From positions 42,630-106,629 of the IMG/VR virus record IMGVR_UViG_3300010412_000002: DNA of 64,000 bases, one strand, 5' to 3'. Of this stretch, positions 49,201-61,200 are shown one piece after another. Source of the DNA: a virus. The notes beneath the pieces were generated by a model. That model ran no database searches, was not told the origin of the DNA, and saw only the letters and a list, made by a program, of their open reading frames with translations. The translations under genes were made by a program, and so were the position numbers. Each line of letters starts with the position of its first letter. Within the stretch, counting starts at the first letter, position 1.

Positions 49201-52200
49201 GAAGTTAAGTTTGGCAAAGCTAAAAGTAATGAAGTTGCCATAGAGGAAGATAAGAAACTTTGGGAAATTACTTATCGTAATTATAATAGAGATGGTACAT
49301 ATGAGATGACTGATGTTACCAAAACTATCTTGGGACAAAGTGCTGGGCCTATGTCTGAAGCTTGGGCAGATCTTGCATCTTCTAATAATGATATTGGAGG
49401 ATATTTCCCTAGAGCTCTGGTTGCGGTTAACCCATCTAATAAAACCATTACTAAGTTTAAACCTAAAAGTTTCTTTGGGTCGAAGCAATCACATGCTAGA
49501 GCTTTTCAATGGATGAAAGATACACTTCGTACTTTTGAACAAACGCTATCTGAGAGCATTAAGCTAATCGAGGAGAATGATCCTTTTAATGCAGATCTCG
49601 AAGCTAACAAAAAGTTACGTACTGCCATTGATAGTATCATTAGATATGACTATGATTCACACGAACTAGAAAAAGTTATTGGGCACCTAGAAATGCTAAC
49701 AGGTACTGGTCCCTATGCTGAAGACGGTCCTGTACACCCTGCTTTCAAAATTTATGAAAAAGATCCTCTAACTGGGGATAAGCGGGAGATTACTCCTAGA
49801 GAAGGTATTCAAGGTATGAGTACTTTTGCAGTACCCTACTCTGCTCTGGAGGCAATTGCTTCTCCTACCAATTATGGATTAGCAGGAGAACATAATTCTC
49901 TTTATCTTAACTTTGATCTGCAGAAAGATGGTACTGTTAGATATGATATGGGCAGTAAAGTAATAAATACTACTACTAATAACGCATTTAACAGCGCTAA
50001 GGTAACAACTAAAGTTAAACGTATTACTCCAACTGCTGTTACTATTAATCTAAGTGGTGCAAGAGCGCAGGCTCAGCAAACACCTGAACAAACAGCACGT
50101 ACTACTCCACAACCAACTCCCGAAACAACTGAGGAATCTGAGCAACTAATTGCTACTCTTGCCCAGATAAGTAACAAAACTCCTGAGCAAATCAGAGATC
50201 AGGTGGTAACTCACTTTGGATCTGCAACTTCTCGCGATGCCATTCGATTCCTAAAGAATACGATTGCTCGTAGAAATATGATGTTTGGTAGTTCAGAAGA
50301 AGACGTAGATGAGTTTAATCAGAAGAAAACTGTATTTGCTGACACAGTTCCTGGTAAACTTCAAACTATCGAATGGGCTAAAGCAACTTTAAAGAAGATC
50401 TTACCCGGCCTTGATATAGATCAGCAGGTTCAATTCCTTGATACTCTGCAAATGTCTATTCTAGAAAAACCAAATGAAGATATTCTAGGGCAGGTACATA
50501 AGGCTATTATGCGTCTAAAGAAAGACGAGAATGGCCGTATTCACGATCAAGTTGTTTACCACGAAGCTTTCCACATGGCCTGGAATTATCTCTTCTCTGA
50601 GAGGCTTAAAACACGTCTACGCGAAGCTTTCAGGGCAGTTTACGGAAGAGAAATGACTGATAAACAAGTTACTGAAGGACTTGCAGAATTGTATCAACGC
50701 TTTGATACTCGCTTTGAAAAGAGAAAAACTTGGGTACGTAAGTTAATTGATGCTGTACGTGGATTCTTTGATACTATGTACAAGCACAAAGAATTTATTA
50801 ATGATGTATTCTTTAACTTGGATGAAGGTAAGTACTCCGGTGCTGTACGTGTTAAAGTAAAAGAAGGTGCACCCGATAACATTTCTTTTATCAAGGATAA
50901 CTTTGGTACTCGTGGTAATTATCTACAGGCCGTACGAAAGATCAAAGATAGGATTGAACACTACAAATTAAATGGTAAGGATAATCTTCCTATGACTCGG
51001 GATGAAATCTTTGAACAGATTTACAGAGAACTCGAGATTGAGATGGAAGACGCGCGCATTGATATGGAAATGCAGCGTAAAGACATTCTTACTGAATTTG
51101 GTGTTAAGAATCTTGGGCAACTTCGAGAAAGATTACTAGGACTTAAGGCGCTTTTAGAGAAGGGAGATCTAAACATTTTTGAAGAACAAAAGGTTGTTGA
51201 TGATATTCTAAAGATCGAACAAGCATTTGTTCCCTATAACTCTGCTAAGAATGCACATATCTTATTTACTACTCTGACAGGAGTGAATAAGCATAGTAAG
51301 AAGTATGTGTTCTATGAAATAGTAGAAAATCTTTATCCTTCTTATAAAGCAGAAGATGCGTATCAGTTTGAACTTGATACCTTAACAGAAGAAGATACAG
51401 CTGAGTTTACTCAAGAAGATGTTGAAGCTCTTGATATTGATGGAGATGCAAGTGTAAGTGAATTACAGGAAGCATTTGAAGGTCTTAAAGCAGAAACAAT
51501 AGATCATGCTAAAGTTAATTGGTCTAGTAAACAAAGTTTGGCACTTAAAGATATCTTTGCTTTCATTCCTCTATTACAAGAAGATTCAAACGAACCTGAG
51601 ATAATTGATGGAATTCGCTCCATGATCCATCCAAAAATTGCCTATGTTAGAGGATTACAACTTTTGTTGCAACTAGATCTTAATGGGTCTAATTTGCTTG
51701 ACCAAATTGTATACCTACAAAAGCATGAGGAACTCAATCGTTGGGATAGATCAATTCTACATGCAATCACTGAGTTATTTGGTAAGCTTGCTGATATTGA
51801 AGAACGTCATGACTCATATAGTATAGTTGCTAAATCATACCCACTAGACAGCAGAGTAGAGTATTACTTCTTCAATGATCGTAGAGGAGGAACAGATGCG
51901 CATGCCACTACTTATGAAGATGCAAAAGAACTAGTAGCTAAAGATCCAGAACGTTATAAGCTTGTATCTGCTGGGGATAAAACTCTATCTTCTTTATACG
52001 CAAAGGCAGTAGAAGAAATTCCTAGTTTAACGAGGGAAGAATTCTCAAATATCTTCTATAATCGCGAAGCTATTAACTCTATTGCTAACTTACAATCTTT
52101 CATGGGATCTCTTAAAGATACCACATATAAGATGAGTATTAAGAGTACTAGAGGAAAGACTAGAACACTAAGTATGGTAGATGCACGTGGAGGAGATTCA

Positions 52201-55200
52201 CATGTAAACACTCGTTCAGTTTTAAAGGAAGCTATTCGGGCTGCTGCTAACAATACTACCACTCCGTTATTCCAAAAGAGTAGAGAGATTAGTTCTATTA
52301 TTGGGCAGTTAGAAAGTAATATTGAAGATGCAAGAATTGCAGGGATAAAAGAATTACTAAGTCTTTTAGGGCTTAAGGATAACTATCCTATTATTAATAG
52401 TAAACTTCTTACTCGTAATGCTAAGTCGATTAGCTCCTTCTTAAAGACTATCCTTGCTGTAGGAGAATTACCAACTCATACAGTTGTTACTTACGCTAGT
52501 GGACGAGAAGAATTAGATGAACGTTACGATATAGATGCCTGGTTGCTTAAGAACAACAGTGCTCTTACGGCTTTGAGTAAAGTGGTTGCAGAGGAAAATA
52601 AGATTCCTAAGTCAACTATGATTACGTCAGTTAAAAAACAACGTATCTATAAACATACTCTTTCTAATCCTATCTATAATATTACTCAAAAGATTATTAA
52701 TGTTCAGGAAAGACTCCTTAAAGGCGTTGATCCAGAATCTAGTTTAGTTAAACTTCCTGAATACTTAGAACTACAGTCTAATAAAAATCCTTTCTTAATG
52801 AAGAAGGGCAATGGATTTATGTCTCGTATTTATTCTCTATTTGAGTTAGACGGACATAAAGATAGATTTGGTTCAGGTAGAGAAAATGGTTCTGAAGTAC
52901 TAGCATTCGATAAGAAAAAGCTTCATACTACTTTATTCTCATCTGGATTTTTGTCCAACTTAGAAGGAGGTGTGTATCAGCAATTATTCTATCAGCAAGC
53001 AGATAAGCCGCGTCCTATTGGTGCTACTATCAGTATTCTTAATTCGAAAGAAATAAAGGAATTCATTCCTATTCTGGAAGAGAATATCAAATTCTTTATG
53101 GATGAAGATCGTGCAAATCGTTTCCGAATTCACTCTAAGTCCTACAGCACTAGTAACCTGGTTAATGGAACTCTCTTAGAGAAAGCCATGAAACATCCTA
53201 AAGGCTTCGAGCAAGGCTTTAAAGAATTGATTGCTGAAGAGGCATTTAAACTGGCTAATGATTTAATTGAAGCTAGAGTAGATACAGTAGGTACGGAAGC
53301 TCAAGCAACAGGTCTTGTTGATAAATTTGATACTTCTGAAATGCTGCAGTTACTCAACACTGTATTGGACAAACGTGGTATTGCGCCTATTAAAAGTATA
53401 TCACAACTAGCTGAAAGATCAGTTGATTCTACTGGTAAGTATGTAAATACAGTTGAAATGCTTATGCCATATGCATACGCATACTTAATGAATCACTACA
53501 TCAATAGCTACTTTATGAATCAACTTGTTGCTGGATCTTCACAATTCTACGGATCCGGTGGCACAGTTCTAAAACGTATGACTGGGGCTGCTGGTCCTGG
53601 GCATATAGGCTGGACTCACCCACGCTTTGGAACAAAATCTACTTTTAAAGTTATTGTTGTAGGTGATGAATCGACTACAGCGGATCAAATGTTTGATCAT
53701 GTTAAAGCAGCTCTATCTGGTAAGTATACAGAAGAAGAGATAGCAGCTTTGCGTCACTTCTTTGGTAATGAATCTACGGATAGAACTGATGGTCAAGTAT
53801 TTATTACTCCTGCGCGACTACGAGATCTTCAAAAAGGGTATGGTCGAGAATTTAGACTATCTAATATTCTTAAACCTAAATACTTTGGCCCGCGTATTGA
53901 AGAGCTTGTATATGGAGAAGGAGCAGATCAAACACGTGAAAGAGTATCTATTCCAACATATATTAAACCTTCGGCAGTAGTACTCTCAGATGAATTGCTT
54001 TATCAACCTGGTACTAAGACTCCTCGTCCTGGTATGGAGAAATTGGCAAGCATTCGTCAAGCAATGGAAAGAGATGGTATTGATGAATTAGCATTTGGTT
54101 CTGCAGTGAAAGTAGGAAATCCAAAAGAGAAACATAGCTTAGATGAATTTATTGCTAATCCTTCTCAAAAGGGTATTATGAATCTAAGTAGTGAACACTA
54201 CGGGATACAGTTAAATCCACGTGCTAAAGTAGATTCTTCTGCAGCCTTGTTTACCCAGTTGACTTACTTCTTGAATATTTATTCCTCTTCTGAAGACAAG
54301 AACAATATTGCACGAGCTGAAGCTGTGTACTCTGCTATTGCTTTTCTCTTCGAGAAAGGAGGCAAGTTATTTGAACGAGATACTGATAACTTTAAGACTC
54401 TGTTACAAAAAGCTTTCTCCGAGAAATCAGATGAACTAGTATTTGCAGATCTTATAGAAGCAGGAATTCAACCTAATTCCCCCATCTTTGAACAAAAAGC
54501 TCTCATTAAGTTGGCTTCATTGATGGAGAAACTAGCTATTAAAATTAGATTACCTGGTGGTAAACTTGTTCTTCAATCTGATGTAGGAGTAAACAATCCA
54601 CAAACAGGTCAACCACTAAAGTTTACAAAGGAGAATGGAAAGCTTGTAGCAGAAGTAATTGTTCCTCGTGGCCTATTTCCAGAAGATCTTGCTAAGAGAA
54701 TTGAAGCAGGTGATACACTATTTGAGAATCCTACCTTACTTGGATTCCGTATTCCTTCAACTGAACTTCACTCGGCTGTAGCTATGAAGGTAGTTGGTTT
54801 CTATGATAATGAGGCTAATACAAACATGGTTATTGCTCCTGAGCTTCTAGTAGCACTACACGGTTCAGACTTTGACGTAGACTCGCTTTTCTTTGCTAAA
54901 CGTCCTATCGCTAAGCAAGATGTTAAAGCGTCTTCTAAAGCCTCTATAAACGCTTTATTTGACATAGCTGTTAAATTAGACGAATTAGTTGAGAATGACG
55001 CTTTTAAAGGTCACCCCGCAAGTCATAAGATCTACGACGCTCTTAATAAAATTCGTAAGAACTTTGGATCAAATGACAATAAACTTACCACAGATGACTA
55101 CAATGATATTAGTAGTCCTCGTGCATTAGTAGAGATTGAACAGGATTTTTTAAAATTTGCTCAGCAATATAGATTAGATCCAACATCTATTGGTGCTAGA

Positions 55201-58200
55201 AAAGAATACGCAAAATTAGCAGGACTAGCCTGGCTAGAAAAGAAAACAGTTAGACCTACTATTTCAGAGTATGATCGCAGCCTATCCCCAGATCCTAAAG
55301 TAATTCTCAACTCTAGAAGATGGCAAATTGCTTCTGCAGATACTTATGCACTCTTTGATGTTAAACGTCAAATCTATAACTTAAGTAAAGATTCAGATGT
55401 ACTAGATGTATTTCCAGCTATCCAGAATCTTGTTACAGAATTGTTTACAAGCATTCAAAAGGAGAAGCTAGCCCCCGCTGAGACTTTTATTAAGAAAGGC
55501 GAAATCATAGGATTTAAATTAGGAGAGGATGGTATATACAGATTTGATCCCGAATTCGATACAGAATTATCTAATAAAATTAGAGAAGTAAAACTTCTTG
55601 CAGATCAAGCAAAAGAATTTAAACTTTCTAAACTTTATAGCATTCTTAATCGTCAATATAAAGATCTACTAGGAGTTAAAGAAGAATACTATAAGGGAGC
55701 TATTATTGATACCTTCTTGGAAACCATTTCTGATGCTGAAAGAAATGAATTGCGTATGATGCGTCCTATCTCAAAATCTTTCCTTGTAGGTAAGAAAGCA
55801 GGTAGTAAAACTGAATACGCAGAAGATTCTGCAATCTATTCGGTAGCCAAACATGGACTCGTAAACAAAGAAGATGTAGACCTTTCTAACTATAACGATG
55901 TTTATACTGCCTTTAAGTCTGTTGCTGATATGCAACGACTCACTGGGATCTTTGCGAGCTCAATTAAAGTACTTGCATATATTGGTCGTTCTGGTGTAAG
56001 TGAAGGTACAGAAAAACTTATTGTTAATCTTAATAAGAAAGTCAACAAGTTAGAAAAATTTGTTAACTCTCTCAGTGAATCGGCTACTCCCACACAACTT
56101 GCGCAAGTAGCTGAAATGCAAGAAGAGATTCGTCTTGCTCAGGCAAATCTAAAAGATGTACTGAAAATTGAACGCAGAGAACAGATCGGTAATTCTGCAC
56201 CACGTATTGCAACTAATTTGAGATTTAACTACACAGTTAACGGAGAAGTTCATCATATTGCTAGTATGAATGAGTTCGTTCTCGGTACTAATCAGAATGT
56301 TTCTATATATGATGTGTTAGATGCTCTTGTTAATATCGCTATTGATAATATCAAGGATCAGGAGTTGTTTGCGCTGCAGGCAACAGCTGAGACAGGTACC
56401 ATATATTCTGCGCTTATATCCCTTGGATTGCCTACTGGTGATATCATTGCAATGATGTATCATCCTAGCATGCAAGATTTGCTAGGAATGAATCGCAATG
56501 ATTCTAAAATGCGCCTAGAGAATATGTTGCCAGAATACCTATCCAAAGTAGGTGAATATATTGAAAGTCAATTTGGTCCTCTAGATACTCTGTTGGACGG
56601 TAAGACTATTGGTATTACTGAGTTAGATGAAATGCTAACTAGTGATAAATTTAAAGCTCTTAAAACAGTCTTTACTGAAGATCGTAAACGTCAAATTAAG
56701 TATATTGAGAACTTAGACCAGCTTGATCAACGAGAAGCTTTAATGCTGTATCAATATATGCATATCATGAATACTGGTAAGAAGCTAGGAGATGATATCT
56801 CTACTCTTTCTAAATTCATGGGTATTCTTAGAGGCATGCCGATTAGTTTCGAAGGTATTCAAACCATTGAACAGGCGATTGAGAAGCTAGGTGCGATTAT
56901 TCAAAATGCTGAAGATAGCAAAGAATTAGACTCAATTGACAAACTTACTATGATGGAGGCTTCCGAAGAGCTAAAGACTCTGGGAAGTGTTATGTATACT
57001 AAAAAGAAAGAATCTGGATATAAGATAGCTGGTTTCATGTCTAGAAACCCCCACATCCTTGCAGCGTATAGAAGACTTCTTCAACTTAAAGCTACTATTC
57101 AAAAGAACTTCCCACTATATAGTGAGAAGGTAGTAAGCTTCATGAAAGATCTGTTTGGTAAAGATACTAAGTTAGGTGGTATTGAAGAACAAGGTATACT
57201 AAGAAAAGAACTTAGAAAGTACTTACTTACTCAACTTATTGATAGAGATTTCTATAAAGAGAAATATTACACTACTTACGCATCTAGAAAAACAGGAAAG
57301 TCAAATCGTATAGAACTCTATGGAGTAGACGCTTGGAGTGAAAGATTTATTGATTCTGTTCGTAGAGTTAAGGAGTACGATCAACTACTGGCTAAACAAC
57401 AGAATAGGGCACCAAACGCCTTCTTAGATGCCTTGTATATGGAGAGTGGTAAGCTTCGTTTCAACTTTGATGTTGAGATGGATCGTGCTATGATTGAAGA
57501 ACTGCGACAAGGATTTAAACAACTTCGCTATTTTACTTTTAAAGATGGTTATAAGCAATATAATCCTAAGCAGCCTGGTAATGTAGAACTTTCTTTAAAC
57601 AAAGATCCAAAAACTCTAAGTGATTTTGATCTAGAATATAATGCAACGGAGTTCCAAAAAGATTTCTTGTTTTATCTAGCTCTTGTAGATGGACTTAGAT
57701 TTGCTAACAACAACTATTCGGTAGCAGTTACACCCAGAATTGTCCGTGTACTCACTGATAAGTTAGATGACATGGAGAAGAAGTTTAGAGATGATGCTGA
57801 GTTTAGAGACAAACTAGCTTATCACATTAAGATTGAACTTCTCCGAGAAAACGCAGGACTTGTTTCTACCTACATTAATCAAGATGATAATGAAAATTAT
57901 CTTATTCGATCAGAAAGAACTGAAGGAGATGAAGAACTAAAAGATGAACAAGGTAAGACTGTTGAGCAACCACTAAATGGTGTTGCTACGATTAACGGTA
58001 GACGTATCTTTTATGATAAGGCTTATAATAATCCATATGAAACAACTTCTGAAAGAGAAACCAAGGAAGATGAACTAGACCGCAGATTTCCTGCTTTTAT
58101 TTCTTCTGGATATGATAGTAATGCACAAGTATATATGCGTATTACTAGTCCTACTGATGATGTAATTGCTTATACTTCTGTTGGTAGAGCTTCTGAAACA

Positions 58201-61200
58201 TACACCCGTATTCCTGACATTTCTAAAATGGAAGATGTTAAACAGAACTTTGAACCAACAGTACCTACTCAATATGTTGCAGACGTATCTCAGAATACTA
58301 TGCAAACGTATAAAAACTTTGACTATCTATTACCAGGAGAACCTATTCGACTTGTTGGCTTTGCAGACAAGAGTCGTCTTGCTCCTCGTTACGTAGTTAT
58401 TAAAAACGTAGAAAAGATTTATGAGAAGTTTGGCGTTAAAGAGGAAGTACATTTTCGAGGATATAAGTATACATTTGAAGATTACGTAGTTCCTAGTACT
58501 TTTAGGCAAATTACTGATTTGGCAGATGTTACTCCAGGTACAGCTATGACTTCTTTAGATCTGGTAAACAGTCTTCTAAATACTACAACTATTACAGATT
58601 ATGAGCGAAGTGTCCTGGAATCCTTCCAAGCTAAATATACTAAGGAGGGACGTAAGAATACTCCGATAGTATTATTTATAGATAAATTACCAGAAGGGTC
58701 AGGAGCACAGTACAATGTGGGATTTGGTTATGTAAATATAAAAGCAAATAAAGTAATTGCACGAGAGATAATACATGAATTAACTCATGCAGAAACTCAT
58801 ATGTTAATAGTTGCAGATTACCTAGCAACTGAACCTATGACAGGATTAGCTTTGAGATTAACCAATCCAGAATTTAGAAATGTAGAAGCAGAGTTTTCAA
58901 CTAAGTATAATTTCGAACTAACCACATTTACAACAGAACTTACTAATCTGCAGGTAGAAGCCGCTAAAGCATATAGAGCTCAATTTAATAGTGGACTTGA
59001 GAGTGACGATGAATTCTCTGCCTTCGTAGAGGATTATCATAGTGACTTACTTATACATGAAGGCATACCTTATGGCTTATCTGATCCACACGAAATGCTA
59101 GCAGAGTTTGTTTCTAATGAGCAGTTTAGGGAGTTAACCAAGCTAATTAAAATTACTCCGAAAGAAACATTGTATGATCGAATTATAAATCTCATCTCAC
59201 GTTTTATTCTTGGTAAGCAACAAATTAGTTTATATGATGTCTTAGATGGGCTAATGCGCGAAGGTGTGTTTAATAATATGTATATTCGTACTGAATCATT
59301 ACGAAATACTAGAGGTGATTATAAAATTATTTATACTAGTCAACGAGAAAAATTAAATCTTTTTACTCCACCTACAGATATAGAAGTTGATGAATTTATT
59401 AAGTGGATGAACTCAGTAGGCTATCAATTACCTATAGAAAAATTATCAGACGCAAGCCCAGAGTTTAAAGATATACTAATGAATAGAATAGAGGTAAGTC
59501 ATAACCGATATGGTACAGATGCTCGGATGGACGCAGACAAACAAACAGCTGCACAGTATTCTGTAAATCCAAATAACGAAGCAAAGTACCAGAAAGTTAA
59601 TGCCCCTGGTCTAGATCTTGCACGTGTGTCGGATGATATTGAAGGTTGGATGAGCTTCTTTAAACGTAACCCAAAATCTACTACGACTATTGAGGAGAAA
59701 GCAGATCGCATCTGGGGAAATATTGATCCTATGACTCAGAAGTTTACTCGACATGGATGGATCAATCGTCCAGATTGGGTAGCTAAAGAGGCTGAGATAG
59801 AAGCCCGAGGTAAAAACCGCGGACGATTGGTGCACTCACTTATGGAATTGTATTCTAAGACAGAAGCAGATCCAGAGTTGGAAGCTAGAATTGAGCAATT
59901 GCTGGATATAACTGGTTATGACAGGGAAAAATTTAAATGGGTTCAACAGAAGTTAGATTCTATTTATCGTAACGCTGACATTAATACCAGAGACGATGTA
60001 GATCCAGACCAAAAGGATAAGATAGGTAGTGAGGTAACAGTTGCCAACGACATCTTAGGCTTAGCTGGTACAATTGACATGCTAATTTATCACGCAGATG
60101 GTACTTTAGGCATCAAAGATATCAAAGCTGGTTATTCATTATTTAATAGTTCTACTACGGATATCATGATGTTTGGTGAGCAGCCTAGTGCTCCAGACCT
60201 AATCTATGATACATGGTTTAATCATGCAAAGCTTCAAGTAATGACGTATGCTTTCTTATACAAATCTACTCATCCTGAAGCTAAGTTTAAAGATTTAGAT
60301 GTATTGTGGATGCCAGATAAAGATTCTGTAGATGAGAATACTTTCAGAAATATGGTTAACCCTGAGCCGTATCTTAACATGATTCATTTGATGCTTAAGG
60401 AAAAGATGCCAGAGAAATACCAAGCTCTTAAAGATTCTATGTCTGCAGAAGATTGGAAGAAACTTTGGGATCCTAAAGAATATAAAGCAGGGGTAGGAAA
60501 ATCACTTAGAGATGCGCATACAGTTAGTCCAGATCTTCCTATTGACCAACAAATTAAAGCTAAAATTGAGAAAATTAGGACTATCATACTTACTGATCTT
60601 AATCCTAACACTTATTCAAAGGCCATATTCACTGGGAAAGACGCAGAAAGAAAAACAAAATTAGTTTCAAAACTGATGAAGGAAGTTTTGGAATTGCAGA
60701 AACAAGCTACTGATCTTGATATACAGACTGTAAATGAAGATATCAGCGGGTTCCAAAACTGGTTATTTACTTCTGCTACTACCAGTAATCCTTATATTCA
60801 AGTGTGGGATGAGTTATTCATGGCACGTAGAGATGAATTTAATAAGCAATACGAGCAGTATAGGAATAAATTCTTGTCACTTCTTGATCCTATTAAGAAT
60901 GATTACTTACGACGTCATCCAGGTAAAGCAACATTAGATGCATTAACTAGAGGAGGAGCTAATCATATTAGTTCTAGAGATTTATTTAGCTTTGCATATA
61001 TTCCTGTAAAAGATGAAGGAGGTGATGTAATAGATTATCAACTTCGTCATACAGATGCACATTTCCAAGAACTGATTGATGACAATACTAACTTTGGGCA
61101 TATCAATGCTACTAATATTCATATCTATAAGAACTTCTTAAACTTTGTGAATGATAGTTATGCAAGATTCTTTGTAGATCAGAACGGAACTAAAGCTCTA

